Source: Novakomyces olei
Lineage: Eukaryota
DNA: 64,000 nt
Reading direction: 5' to 3'
Assembly (NCBI GenBank): GCA_016906335.1
Contig: JADEYG010000007.1
Span: 558,001 to 622,000, forward strand
The translations under genes and the position numbers were made by a program. Below are positions 36,639 through 49,791 of the stretch, piece by piece (within the stretch, counting starts at the first letter, position 1; each line of letters begins with the position of its first letter). The notes below the pieces were generated by a model that was not told the origin of the DNA, made no database searches, and saw only the letters and a list, made by a program, of their open reading frames with translations.

Positions 36639-36720
36639 TCTTGTGATGAGGATCATTGGATGAGCGACAGTAGTCGCCTGATTACACTCCAATTGCTACA
36701 TACACCAAGATCGCTGAAGA
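36639..36720 (+). ncRNA. Box C/D snoRNA, U24/snR24-like (LSU rRNA guide)
   Basis: C box GUGAUGA (36643-36649). CACCAAGAUC-G-CUGA (36703-36717) is antisense to conserved LSU GAUCUUGGUG. Internal GCGAC/GUCGC hairpin and a short terminal stem. Confidence 0.78.
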
Positions 36721-37226
36721 TTCGTCGTGTACGGCCTTGAACGCCTTGGGCTGGTTTCGTTCAGCCTGTATTTACCGGAGATCTGTATAGTGCGGTCCCA
36801 CAATGTAGGGACAGCGCAGCATTGAAAAAATAATTATCATTGGCTGTACTGTGTAATTGAAATTGCATTTCTGCTTTTACGCTATGCTTCACTAGTCTAG
36901 GTTGTATTGGTCTACTGTCGGGCTGCCGTGCTGCCGACGGACAGAGTAAATCTTGTAGCCACGAGCCGGTATAATAATCCCGTTAAAAACTAAAAAAAAA
37001 TCACCATGGCTCGTAGAAGGCACCAAAGTTTCCAGTCAGTATCTCATAGTCGCGTAACGACGTTAATAGCTCACATTATAAGCGCACGGGGCCCGTCTGT
37101 CCAAGGGTGGCGCATTACTAATCGGTATACTACTATTAATTTAATCTAAATAAATCTCCAGATTTTTGGCGATAAAGTATTAAAGCAGGCGCATGGCTTT
37201 TACCTGCCCTTTACTACGCCAATGCT

Positions 37227-40094
37227 ATGCAAACAGAAACCAAAAGGAGGCGGCGTCAGCGGATAATCAAATCCTGCTACGAATGCCATCGGCTTAAAAT
37301 CAAGTGCGATCGGCAATGGCCGTGCTCTTCGTGTCGACAGCGCGGCTGCGCTTACCTCTGTCCCGATGGACCTGTTGGAGAAGGATTAGAGATGCAGCTG
37401 AGCAGTGCCGGTGATGCTTCTTCTCGTGATCGGCTGATGTCTCGCATTATGGAGCGAATGGTCTGGTTAGAGCGCCGTGCTGGAGTCTCACGTAGTGAAG
37501 GTCCCCCCCTTGGATCTGCCTTTTCGGCGTATGAAAACGCACGGGAAGACGAGCTATTCCATCGGCAGTTTGGCCTACTTCACTTGGATGCTGAAGGCCA
37601 CTCAAACTACGTTGGTGCCTCAGCAGTGTTTGAGCATCTGCAGCAGCTTCAACAGCCTGGTGAAGATGAGGAAGATTCTTCAAGTCCCGGCGACGAAGGA
37701 TATAAAATTCAAATTGTAGGCAACGGAGAAGAAACTGACAACGACACGGTCCTCGACGGCTTAATCGACCAACCTTGCACTGATTCTCGGCCCAAAGCAG
37801 CGGCACATGACGCTGAGGCCGCGAGTGAAAATGAGCAGGCAGATGCTGACTTGGCGGCAGAGCTGGAAGCGGCACAGGAAAACATTATTGATAATGTAAT
37901 GATGATTGGCCTGAATGACACAGAATGCGTGTCCTTTTCTTCCGAATACTTGGCAAGTGGCATGCCTGCAGATGGGAATATAGCGATGCAGTGCATCGAC
38001 ATGTTTTTCGGGTTCGATGATTACCTCGTTTCCGTAGTGCCGGCAAGTGATGTTGTGCCGTTTGTGCAACGGTTTTACAGTGAGCCCGGATATAGGGTTA
38101 AAATTCACCGCCAAAAATTGGGGTTTGTTTATGTTATTCTTGCCACTACTGTCTTACGTCATGGACTGTTGGGCGGAGGCAAACGGGACTGTGGGAGAGT
38201 GCGATTGGTGGAATCTTTACGCTTTGCGCGTTTTGCCAAAATGTGCTTGATGTCGTCAAACATTACGTCTGAATGTACGACAGATGCAATTGCGGCTTTG
38301 ACGCATTTTGTTCATTTCTTACGCTCAACAGGAATCAGACGCTATATTGACCAGAGTTTTATAGTAGACCGCCTGGCTTTTGCCCTAGCAATCACGATGG
38401 GCCTGCATCGCGATTTGTCAGCACATCGTGCTCTTTCACGCATAGACTTAGAGCGGCGACGTCGTGCGTATTGGGGCTTGATGATGCTAGATAGGCTACA
38501 AGGCCTGGTGTGGGGCAGGCCCTTCTCTATATCAGAAGTACAGACAGACGTGCCTTTACCCCTAAATGTAGAGTGGGACGATTTCGTACGAGTGTGCGTA
38601 GAGGCGGAGGCAGCAGGAACTCCTATAAAAGATTCAGAAATCGAGAGCAAAAGCTACACAAGCCGCATGTCTATGCTGATTACAGCCTCCCGAATTGTAC
38701 AATTGCTCGGACAAGTTGGAGACCAATTATTTGGTGTAAGGCCGCCAGTTTACGCGCAAGTATTGGAGTTTGAACACAAACTCCGAGAGATCGAGGAGAC
38801 AACAGTGCCGGAGTTGCGGCTCGATCTCTCGACGCCAATTGAACAACTTGCTGCTTTACCGGGCACTTTGTTCCTACAAAAGCTGTCGGTTACCACAATT
38901 ATATATGAGATTTCACTGCTAATGCACCGGCCATTTATGGGCCGTGCTCTGGCACAATCTGGGCCAGACTTGCCGAGTTCAAAGTACTATAAGAGCGTGG
39001 AATATTCACACAATGCCTGCCATTACCTGATTGAGGTGCACCGAATCCTGGTGCAGGTTCAACCAGACTTGGCCAAGACTATATGGTACTTTTGTTTCCA
39101 CGCTATTAATGCAGCTGTTGTGCAGGGTGTCTTTGCTACCGTGCAGCCGCACAGTCGAGCGGCCATGGCTGCTCGTGCCCATGTTCGAACAGTGCTACAG
39201 TCGCTGAAGCGGCAAAATTCGGGCGGCCGAACCGCCAATGTTATGCGGCAAAGTATCAAACTGCTAGAGAATTTGCGTGATGCTATGGACAAGGCACATG
39301 CTTGCGGGCCCATGTCTTTCGATGCGGCCGCTAGCAGTTGGATGCTGGGTCTTACGCATAGTGTGTCACCTGAAAAGGAGGAGCCTGAAGTGGCTCGGAC
39401 TGTGGCGGATGGGATAAATTCAGCTGTCCCCGGAGAAGTTGAGGAGAGCCAGGAGAGTCTGCCTAAAGAACGAGCCAGCAATAACTCGGGGAACAATGCC
39501 TCTGGCGGGACAGAAAGTGCGTCTTTGCCTATTGATTTTGCAGCAAATTTGCATTTACAAGGCCTATTTCTGCCCACAGCTTTTCAGCAAGAAGGAGGGC
39601 CATTGCTGGAGCAATGTAGGGGCCTGATTTTTCCTCAGGGCAACGCTGATGCCTTTAGTCGTGTAGTGGATTATGCCACAAGTAATCCTAATTCTATGTA
39701 CGACCAAAGTATGAAAAAGGACGGTGGCACTGATATTGGCACTGATGGGTACCTGCCTGCACAGGGTTTGAAGCCATCAGAGCCCAGACAAGATGGCCAA
39801 TCTTCTGTTTCTGGCTGGACTGGTGCAGGCGCTAATACCTTTTTCAATGCCCCATTGAGCGATAATGCGTATAGCGAGTATGCTAATAACCTGAACCAGG
39901 CTTATACAGAGTCGCCTGGTTTCCCAGTGTTGCGAAGCGCTATTGATACCAGCCTGGGACCTGTATTCGATGGGTCAGAGACTATGGGCCAGCCTACATT
40001 TGATACGCAAATGCCACAGATGCAGCCGGACGCTTTGAACTGGGAGAGGATTATGAACCGGTTCTGGTCACAGGATTCTAATGCGCAAGTGTAA
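37227..40094 (+). CDS. Zn(II)2Cys6 transcription factor with Fungal_trans domain
   Basis: SCYECHRLKIKCDRQWPCSSCRQRGCAYLC; MGLHRD...ERRRRAYWGLMMLDR...GRP. Confidence 0.95.
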   Translation: MQTETKRRRRQRIIKSCYECHRLKIKCDRQWPCSSCRQRGCAYLCPDGPVGEGLEMQLSSAGDASSRDRLMSRIMERMVWLERRAGVSRSEGPPLGSAFSAYENAREDELFHRQFGLLHLDAEGHSNYVGASAVFEHLQQLQQPGEDEEDSSSPGDEGYKIQIVGNGEETDNDTVLDGLIDQPCTDSRPKAAAHDAEAASENEQADADLAAELEAAQENIIDNVMMIGLNDTECVSFSSEYLASGMPADGNIAMQCIDMFFGFDDYLVSVVPASDVVPFVQRFYSEPGYRVKIHRQKLGFVYVILATTVLRHGLLGGGKRDCGRVRLVESLRFARFAKMCLMSSNITSECTTDAIAALTHFVHFLRSTGIRRYIDQSFIVDRLAFALAITMGLHRDLSAHRALSRIDLERRRRAYWGLMMLDRLQGLVWGRPFSISEVQTDVPLPLNVEWDDFVRVCVEAEAAGTPIKDSEIESKSYTSRMSMLITASRIVQLLGQVGDQLFGVRPPVYAQVLEFEHKLREIEETTVPELRLDLSTPIEQLAALPGTLFLQKLSVTTIIYEISLLMHRPFMGRALAQSGPDLPSSKYYKSVEYSHNACHYLIEVHRILVQVQPDLAKTIWYFCFHAINAAVVQGVFATVQPHSRAAMAARAHVRTVLQSLKRQNSGGRTANVMRQSIKLLENLRDAMDKAHACGPMSFDAAASSWMLGLTHSVSPEKEEPEVARTVADGINSAVPGEVEESQESLPKERASNNSGNNASGGTESASLPIDFAANLHLQGLFLPTAFQQEGGPLLEQCRGLIFPQGNADAFSRVVDYATSNPNSMYDQSMKKDGGTDIGTDGYLPAQGLKPSEPRQDGQSSVSGWTGAGANTFFNAPLSDNAYSEYANNLNQAYTESPGFPVLRSAIDTSLGPVFDGSETMGQPTFDTQMPQMQPDALNWERIMNRFWSQDSNAQV

Positions 40095-40156
40095 TGCAGG
40101 AGCATCAACTTGGGTACAGGCGTTTAAATGATTGATAACAGGATACGAGACTATGT

Positions 40157-40255
40157 ATGATAATATTAGACTTTGAAAAAATTTTAGTATAGGCCAGCTT
40201 TGTGATGATAATATTAGACCTTGAAAAAGTTGTAGTATAAGCCATCTTTGTGATG
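40157..40255. repeat. Degenerate 48-bp tandem duplication
   Basis: ATGATAATATTAGAC(T/C)TTGAAAAA...GCCA(G/T)CTTTGTG starts at 40157 and again at 40205. Confidence 0.8.
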
Positions 40256-40456
40256 TATAGCTGTGTAAAACAACGGGAGAAGACGTTTGATGGGTGCTGA
40301 CCAACGTGACTTTTCATTGCAAAACGTCCATTTTGATTGTAGCGTTACTTGTCATCTCTCCCCAACATATAAGTATATACACGGGCCCCGTGAATATAAT
40401 TTGTAGCTTGACTGAGTATAATAGTGTGTACAAGCGACGACCACCAACGTGGGATA

Positions 40457-41658
40457 ATGGCGGTCGATCTGGATCCGGCTCTTGACCTTGTTCGCCGTCA
40501 TAAAGCGCATCTAGTCGAGAGCACAGCTAAAGCTCCTAAACGAGCCAGTGTGGCACTTATTTTTGTTCGTCGTGGTGGTGCTAATTGCGAGCCACACATT
40601 CTCTTGATCCAAAGAGCTGAACGTAAAGGCGATCGATGGTCAGCACATATTGCTTTGCCCGGAGGTCGTCGTGACTCGCAAGATGAGGATGATCGCGCGT
40701 GTGCCGAGCGTGAGACGCTCGAGGAAGTTGGCCTCGATCTAAAGGGAGGGCACTATACATTTGTCGGTGCTCTGAATCAGCAATGGTACGTGCCCACGAT
40801 AATATGAACGTTGATGTATAATCTATACTTTAAAAAGCAGTCATCTACGAAATTCAATTTGCATTATTAATTTGAGTTAATTGCTAATTTTAGGGTGACT
40901 ACGCAATTTGGCTCGGTTCGTCTTTTGGTTCTGTGTCCCTATGGTATGATCTCTTTGTAGGAGGCAGCAAGCCGTGCTTTTAATTCATTAATATTTCAAT
41001 GTTAAAGTTTCGACTACTCTTCATTCAATTGGAGTATTGACAGCTTCTAGTCTACGTGTTTGAGGGTGACGGGTTTCCGCAGCTCCAAATGCAGGTGGAC
41101 GAGGTGGCCGCGTGTCATTGGGTGGCGATACGCGATTTGCTGCACCCCGAGTACCATACGCGTATGCACGTGGACGTGTCCACGCGATTAGCCCGCCGAC
41201 GTGTTCCACATTATTTGCGGCAGTTATTGCGCTGGACGCTGGGGGATATGCTCTTTGATGCAGTGCGATTACAACCGACAGAGTCTCTTTACAGCAGTTC
41301 AAGCACCGATAAAAATACTAACAACATTAGTCCAAGAGTGCCACTGCTGTGGGGATTGACTCATGCAGTGCTCTGTGATTTTCTTGCAGTGCTGCCCGGT
41401 TACGATGCTCACACACGCTATCGCCCGCCGACACTGAGTGCGCCTGATGTGAGAGCAGCAGTTTATCTTGTTACGCGATTACCGCTGGCTCGGCCCTTGA
41501 GTACTCCTTCAGCCATATCATCGCGGAATTATGTGACCGAGTATTTGAGTAATTATTGGCCACGATTTTGGGTGGCTCTGCGCGCTGTAATTGCTTTGCG
41601 GTCTTTAGGCTTGCTGCTGATCGTGTTTAAAGCGTTGAAGGCTCTTAAACGACGGTAG
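40457..41658 (+). CDS. Nudix hydrolase (CoA-pyrophosphatase-like) with hydrophobic C-terminus
   Basis: RASVALI, DRWSAHIALPGGRRD...AERETLEEVGLDL (Nudix box), LWGLT. Two introns around a ~50-nt exon (~40893-40942). Confidence 0.85.
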
Positions 41659-42134
41659 TGGAAGTGCCAGTTGTTATCGGCGGTCAACTGGTGTCAGTGT
41701 TCAGTTTGTCAAAGAACGGACTTTTAGAGATTTAAATGAAATAATGGAGAGACTGAGGAAGCGAGTTAAATATGCACCGACTATTTATACGGATTTCGAG
41801 CACTGAATATATGGAATGCGCAAACATTAAAAGGTAAACTGGTCTCTTGACAGTTCAAATCAACATTTGCGCATCATATTTTACAACCTTTAGAGAGAAT
41901 GCTTACTGAGTTTGACACCATGCACGTTTTACTGCATTGTAAAGCAGCTGCGATTAATAATGCCATTTACCGCCCAAACTCTTGGAAATTTGGGCACAAC
42001 TGTGGGCAATCTAACATGCAAACACACGTTTGATCCCTTTAAATTTACAGTGAAATCGTAAATTTTAGGTTTGCTCATTTACAGAATAAATCAATCATCA
42101 ATTAATACAGACGTCACCCACACTACTAGACCAA

Positions 42135-43329
42135 TCATTCTTTCAGTACATATCCAAGAGAATCGGGATCACAAGCAGCCAGAGGAGCAATGTTTTCTTT
42201 CATGCGCAAAACATAAGGCCTTTCCTCGGCAATTTTTTCACATAAAGCAGCAAAAGGCTTTTGTGCCAAAAATCTAAGATTGTGTTGGACAATATTGTGT
42301 GCACGGGCCTTGCTGTAGCCCATACAGGCATGCAAAGTAACCCGGCGAGGGCTAATTCCGTAGGATCCACGATGCAAAATGTTATTGTGATAAAATACGG
42401 TTTGACCTGCTCGCAGATGTACGACTTCTTCCCCAGGCATCGGATCACGAGGCCGTTCAAGAGTGATTTCCCGCTCTTCCGGAGTACGTGCACGCAAATG
42501 TGAGCCGGGAATTGCAATCAGACAAGAATCATCGTATAGAGCTGTATTCCATTGAGTACCACAGCTAGAAATTTGCAATTGCTTCACCTCCTCTTCCGAC
42601 TCTGTTTCTGGAGCGATAGAATCACGATGCCAGTTCAAGGAGAAGGCGGACTTCTCTGGATTTACCAGCATGTTGAATATTTCTAGACGATCAGAAACAG
42701 AAGTATGGATGATAAGAACCACTAGTAAAAAAAAAAGAGCACAAATAGAGCTAGAAGGCTGTGCAAGGCAATCGTTAAAAGCAAACAAGTTCGGTCGTAA
42801 ACGACCTTTTAATGGCTAAATGAGCCTTCCAGTCGGCATACCCAGCTGCAGTTTCTCCGCAGGCACATCAAGAATCTGTGATACTGCCGATACAATTTCA
42901 GGCGACGTATACCATTCGAGAAAAATGCTTGCATCCGGATTTTGTCTATGATCGATTAGCTGGCCGTACATTCAAAAAGGTGGCAGGTCTCGAGAGCTGA
43001 AAGCATCAACAGTTCGGCTCGAAAATAAAGAAGAAATTAGAGAGGCAAATATTATATAATTTTTAAAAGAAAAAGCATCACGAAACATCATCAACGTACG
43101 GGTCAAGAAGCCGCTGTACACCCCAGATATCGGAAGCGTCTTCTGGTCTCCAAGGGGGAAATTGTTTGCCCACTACACGAACATCAGTCCATTCGAGACG
43201 GCGAGCGCGTTCAAGTACACGATCGGCCGCAGCTCGTAGTTGATCAAAACGTTCTCCCGCCACAAGGCCGTCAACAATGACGTATCCGTACCTGCGCAAA
43301 TGCTCCAGATCTACCTGCACACCTGTCAT
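42135..43329 (-). CDS. Phytanoyl-CoA dioxygenase (PhyH)-like 2OG-Fe(II) oxygenase
   Basis: LRRYGYVIVDG, WHRD (HxD), L.AGQTVFYHNNILHRG, R.TLH. Three exons. Confidence 0.8.
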
Positions 43330-43834
43330 GATTTGGATTCTGTGTGACAGGCGTCAGGCGAGGCTCTTATTTATCGTTCTATCTCTTGTGTAACCAGCCC
43401 ACGTTTCGATGATGCTTATCCCGCGGACAATAAATTGCTTCTCAATGGCGGCAAGTAGTATGTATTATCTTATGGGGATAGAGTTACTAAAAAGTAACGG
43501 CCGTGCAAGATTTGAATTTGGTCGCTGCATTAAATAGAATTATTATAGCCCAAAACAGACCCTAACCCTAGCAAAGTTGCTTCTGCCAGAGGCAAATACT
43601 GGGAAACATGTGTGCAGTTGTTTAATGAGATGTAGCACGAGCATTGGCTGTATCTTACAATCATAAAGGCAATGGTGTTAAAATGCTTTCTACATTACTA
43701 TTCCAAGGAAACTGACACGTCACAGCCAGGTGCTGTTGCTAGACATAATATTGCATTGCAATTTATATGTACAAGCACAGCGCTCTCGGAACCACAAGAT
43801 ACCATGTTTTCGCTTGACCTAGATCATTCTGCCC

Positions 43835-45078
43835 TTAATCAAAAGCAACAAGACTTATTTTGGGTAGGCGGTACTCTGGAAGCTGCCAGTACTTGTACCG
43901 TATTTCCTCCTCACCAGCACGCTGGCTATCCACAGGTATAGTCTCATATTCACATCGCAAGCCAAAGGATTCCAGTTCTAGCGGTACTAGCTCACAATAA
44001 ACATCGTAAACCGTTTGCCGATCGGCACCAAGACCGTTAAAAAACGAGAAAACTCCACCCTCCGGGCTAAGAGAGTTTACAACCAGATCCCAAAACTCCC
44101 GTAAATCCTCATAGTATTCACCAAATGGATCATAATAAATACCATCAAAGCCATCGGAATACTCGTATATTTCCTGCTGTACATCTTGCCAACGGCCTTC
44201 CAAAATTCGAACGTTTTTCTTCTCGTACCATCCGGCGGCTTTCATTTCACGCAAAACATCTGCATGAGGTTCCACAATTACGTGCAATGAGGGCTCTGTC
44301 TCTTGCAGACAAGTGTCTACCAAACCCAGGCCAAAGCCAATATTAAGGACCCGCAGGCCCTGACGGCCTTGGGTTATGCATTTAGCGCTCCGTCGCATGA
44401 TATCCACCTCCCAATCCATCATGACGCCATTAGAGTCGGCATCTACCAACACCCGATTATCGTCCTGCACCGATTTGTATTCCAGCTTACTAGAAAGGTA
44501 TTCCTGGTTGCGGCACGCGTTTACACGCGTCCGACGAGATAATAAACCGAATATAAGCTCTGCACGCACGCCGGCTGTGACAATATCTTGATAGAGGTCG
44601 AAAAATTTGTGTTTGCGAGCAAGGCAGCCGGCCATTTCATTTTCTGCATTTACTGTTGGATTAGAACTTTTGAAAGGTTTTATTTTTAATTCCACATTAA
44701 ATCTTCGACTTCAGTATCAGTTTTAACTTTGAATTCATAAACTTTTGTTGTCTTGTGAAATAAATTCTTGCCTGTTTCTGCGTTTGCTTTGCTGTCTTAT
44801 TTTAAAATTAAGCACATACACTGGTTCCATACTGCGCCATGTAGAAACAATTGCTCTACAATTTGGCGCGCAGATTGCTCCAAGTCTTGATCTTTACGTT
44901 GCGATAATCCAATTACAACCTCGTGTAATGGCCCATTCAGCGTCTCTGGATCCTGGAACCAACAGTCTGCGTCTTCAGCGACAATACTTTTTACGCTATT
45001 AATGTCAAGCGCTTGACAGACCCGGAGCAGTTGTTTATCGCGCTCAAACTCTTCCGGCGTCAAAACAATTTCGGACAT
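43835..45078 (-). CDS. RMT2: Protein arginine N-methyltransferase Rmt2
   Basis: Ankyrin-like N-terminus (GAVWN), AGVRAELIF, VMMDWE, VLNIGFGLGLVD, GIYYDPFGEYY, FSFFNGLGADR. One intron at ~44653-44820. Confidence 0.93.
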
Positions 45079-45300
45079 TATTTGTTTCAATTGGCATCGT
45101 CCAGTTGATAAAATAAAAAATTATAATTAATAAAAAATCTACCAGTTTCAGGCAATCAATCTGTAATTATATTAGTAAAATTAATATAATACTAAAATGA
45201 ATATAACACTAAAATTAATATATTTGTAAAATTAATATATTAGTAAAATTATATATATAATATTCAGGCATAATGCGACAAGCAGTGTGGCAGCAAAACA

Positions 45301-48017
45301 ATGGAAGAGACTCTGCCGGATAACGAGGCAGAGATTCTCCAATTCTACAACATCTCTGATCCTTTCCCCACCGAATGGGCAACAAAACCTGTTGAGCCTC
45401 CAAATCAGTTGGGTGATGATCGGCCGGCCGGTGTTGGTATACCCGAGCTCGATGTTACAGCAGGCAAACGCGACGACCAGGATCCATTACATATATACAA
45501 GTCTGTCAGCAGTGTACTCCGCGATAGACGCGATCTGGCCAAACAGAATTTGCAAATGTACTATGTCTCCTCCAAGCAGTTTGTACCGGGAGCCTTTTTA
45601 CGGGACATTCATGCTGGCGACAGCATTGAGGATTTGCAACGTGGACAACGTGCACTATTAGCTGCAATTACAGAGCAGGCAGCCGATCTGAAGGAATTAG
45701 TACGGGACAATTTTATTAATTTTGTAAATGCCAAGCAGGTGATTGATGATACGTATGATGTCATGCGGTCAGAGATTCTGAACCCGGGCGAGGACTGGGG
45801 CACTGGCTCTCTGAGGGAAAATGTAACCTTTGCTCAGCACACGGCAACTGCACACTACAAGCCTGCTTTAGACCGTCGGCAGGAAGCTCACTCAGTACGG
45901 CGTACACTGGCTCTGGTCGAGTATCATGCGGATCTGTTTGCCCTGCCTGCTCTTCTAGCAAGGCTGAGGGCCAGTAATGACCTAAAGGCCTTTGTGCACG
46001 AGTACCGTGTCAGTACTGCCCAAATTTACGAGCAGTTGGCAGCTCTGCGACGTGGTAACAGTCGTGCTGGCCGACAAGTAGAATTGCAGGCCAAAATATT
46101 CTCACGTGTCTTGGAAGAAGCAGAACGCGTTGTGGCAGCAGTGCGTGGAGATATCTCGGCCCGATTGGCCAACACTTGCTCTGATGACAGTATTACTTTG
46201 CTTCGATTTCTCTTTGCCCTCGGTGTCCAACGTGACCCAGTGCCCGGGTGTGTTCAGGGCCAATATGAAAGGCTACTGCTTCTTATCCGAGAGCAGTTTA
46301 AACTGCTCTCGATCAAAGCTCAACGGCACATTACTCATGTCGCCAAGCATGTGCCGGCTCCAACAGTGGCAGATCGGCTCCGTTATTTTACTCAGCCGAG
46401 TTTGCAAGTATCGGACGTGCGTGCAGTGGAAAGCGACGACCTTATTGCTGCGTGGGAGGATATTACTGACAGTTTTCGTGGACTGTGTACGACTCTAGTA
46501 AGGGAGCTGTCCACTTTCTTCAAATACTCACAAAAACTCTATGACACAGAGTTTTGTCGGAATTTACTGGCTGAGGAAGCCGGTGCTCACACGCAGCAAT
46601 TTGAATTTGCTGCAAGGGATGAGAAACGGCTAGAAAAGTATTACACTAGCCTTGTCTCTACTTTTCTCGTTAACCTTGAAGCCTTTCTCGCTCCAAGGCA
46701 GCAGGAAAATGCGGATCAAGATGCCTTGTTCTCTCCACAACTGCCTCCAGACACTCCTACTTTTAAAGAAGGCGAAGGGACAGATCAATTACTAGACACA
46801 ATTACGAATTTGCCCGAGTACCCTTTTCTGCCTCCGCACTGTGGCTCACAAAGCACTGTATATTTTATTACGCACATGATGGACACAGTAGGAACGGCTG
46901 CAAGGCAATTGGGCGAGATATCAATGCACTCGCCACAGATACAAAAGGCACTTGCCTTTGTTAGGAGTGCTGCTTGTGAGCAATTTGTAAAGGCGATTCT
47001 GTACAAGTTACAGTACGATGCGTCTGCCTGTGCACAGCTGGAAACATGGCAATGTGCTGCTGACGAAGTTTACGAGTATACGCTTTTTCCGAGGCATTTA
47101 TTGGCTCTCGTAAAATCTGTGTTGACGGGTACACTGCGGGTAGCAGGTGCAGCAAATACAGACAAGAATCAGCCTCCAGCTTTTGGTAATTTGATTGTCG
47201 ATGCGTGTGTTGAGGCCTTGGAGACAGTGGCAGATGGTCTGATCGAATTGTGTACGGATTCCGATATACCAGACTCGGAATCGAACAGGCGACGACTCGT
47301 TCTGCTCTTGGATTTGCAGCAAGTCCGTAAGCAAGTAGTGCCCAAGCTTTTTTCCACTCTTGAATCTGTCCTCTTGAGGCCTCTGGACAGCCCTTTACAC
47401 GAGCTTCAAGATCGGCTAATTAGTCTGGATCATTATTTGCTGGACGGGTACTTGAAGGACAAACGCGACATTGTCGCGAATACTTTGCTGAAAGGATTTG
47501 CAAGTTTTGATTTTGCGATTGCTCCAACTCCGACAGGTACGTAAAAACAGTCGAAACTGTAATTTGTATTTATTATATATTATTCATTATTTATTAAAAA
47601 CTTCTATTCTAACTGACAGAAATTAACCCTTGCATATTTCAGGCTCTTACAATCTTTGTCCTTGTGCATTCTGAGGTTGCTCCCGTGGCTCGAAGCATTC
47701 TAGGCCGAGTGCTTGAAATGCTTTTAGAATCTGCTTCGGAAACATTGGCCTCTGCTATCAACACAGTGACCCAGCTCTCAACGGGAGGCATGCTTCAAGC
47801 TACAATAGACGGAGAGTTTCTCGAACAAAAACTTTACGAGTACATGACTCCAAGGGCACAAGAAAACTTCCAGAATTATTTCCAAGCCATTGAGGCCCGT
47901 ACGATACCAGAAAGCTCCGAGTCTAGCGTAGAAAGCGCAATGAGCAGTGTTCGGTCTCTGTTGCACGAAACGAAAAAGGCTACGGCTAATCAATTTTCGT
48001 GTTTTCGGCGGAAGTAA
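45301..48017 (+). CDS. SEC5: Exocyst complex subunit Sec5
   Basis: DPL, SSKQFVPGAFLRDIH, LKELVRDNFINFVNAKQVID, C-terminal GGMLQATIDGEF...QFSCF. Intron at ~47537-47598. Confidence 0.88.
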
Positions 48018-48071
48018 TTTAATGATGAGATTGTGTATAATGAAATGATTTAATAGTTAGGTTCCTGTAAT

Positions 48072-48188
<117 letters not shown>

Positions 48189-48404
48189 ATGAATTTCATA
48201 CAAAAGTCATAATAGATACGAAACCACTGTGAATACCACTCAAATGGGTATATAGAACACAACAGACGTGCAGCATATTCATAACTGTTTCATTAAAATC
48301 CTATAAACACTAGTGGAATTTCAACAAGGTATTTATATGACGACTGGTGATTTAAACGACACTTTCTCCCACGATTGAAAAAGACATTGCCGTTAACAAC
48401 CAGA

Positions 48405-49791
48405 CTAAATGCTTCCTCCAAATAGCATCTCTACTGCCGCTTCTACATTACCGCCCGTCAGTACACACGCACGCTTAGCCCTTTCATACTCAAAGCCCAT
48501 ACTAACAAGCTGGCCAATCTGGGTAGCGTACCTTTCTTCGGGAGGCGTAGTATTCTCTGGAACTACTGGCCCACCTGCACCTGCACCTGCGCCTGCCCCG
48601 CCAAAGCCTTGCTGGTTCCCTAGCGCACCCAACATAGACATTAAATTAGGGTTTAGGAATGGATTAAATCCTGGCTGTGCTTGTGGATTTCCAGTGGCAT
48701 TTTGAGTATTCTCAGTTGCAGCAGTATTGCCAGCTGGCGATTGCTGCTGAGGAGCACCCGCACCTCCAAAGGCAAACGGATTGAACCCAAGAGCAAAAGG
48801 GTTGGCTGCAAAAGGGTTCTGAGCAGCGCCGGCTCCGTTATCCTGTCTAGGAGCCGTTTGGCCTCCAAACAGAGCAGCAAACGGATTCGCGGCTGCATTT
48901 CCTGTAGGATTGGCAGAAGGGTTTGCAGAGTTTCCAGAGTTCTGATCTGCCGAGCTTTGGTCAGTTTGCTGTTGCGAATTAGTGGCTCCCGGCATGGGAA
49001 ACCCTGAGCCCTGCGCAGGCGCACCAAACATATCTCCCGCACCGGCACCTGCACCACCAAACGCCTGCTGCATTTGCATCATTTGGCGAATAGTATTAGG
49101 GTCGGTCATTGCCCTACGAAACTCTGGGCTTTGGACCATCTGCCGAACGTATGGAGGAGCATCACGAAACTGTGGGACTGAGCTCATTAGCATCTCGAGA
49201 AAGGCAGGATTCTGCCACATTTCGTTCATTTGGCTTTGCACCATTGGATTATCCAGCATACGCAGCAATTCGTCCCTGTTCATCCCACCATTGCCCCCAC
49301 CAAACATCCCCATCCCAGCATCGGGGCCAAATGATGCGGAAGAAGGCAACGGCACGTGTCCCGCGTACCGTGCACTCGTAAGCTGCTGCAGCGGGTTCGA
49401 CGCCGATGTTCCCGCTGCCAGATTTTGAGGCACTTGGGACTGTGCCGCTGGAGCAGCTGGCGTACTACTGGCACCTGACGAGGGAGCTGCGCCTTTAACC
49501 AAGTGGATAGTATGGCCATCGCCAATCTGTTACAGTTAGAATTAAATCCAAAAAAAAGAAAAAAAAAACCCCAACAAAACAAAACAGTTTGCTGCCTTTT
49601 ACCTTGTACGAGCCCACGGTTTCTTGATCTTTAAGCACTTTGCCCGAGTAGATGAGCCGTTGCCGATCTACTGGCACATTTGATTTCTCAACAAGCGCTT
49701 CTTTCAGTGCCGATACTAATGAATCTGTGTCAATGGTAACCTGAAACTTTTGGTCATTGCTGGACTTGATATTGATAGTGACGGAGCCCAT
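48405..49791 (-). CDS. DSK2: Ubiquilin Dsk2 (UBL-STI1-UBA)
   Basis: UBL (RQRLIYSGKVLKD / GHTIHLVK), STI1-like NP/M-rich region, UBA (PPEERYATQIGQLVSMGF...GGNVEAAVEML). One intron. Confidence 0.93.
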
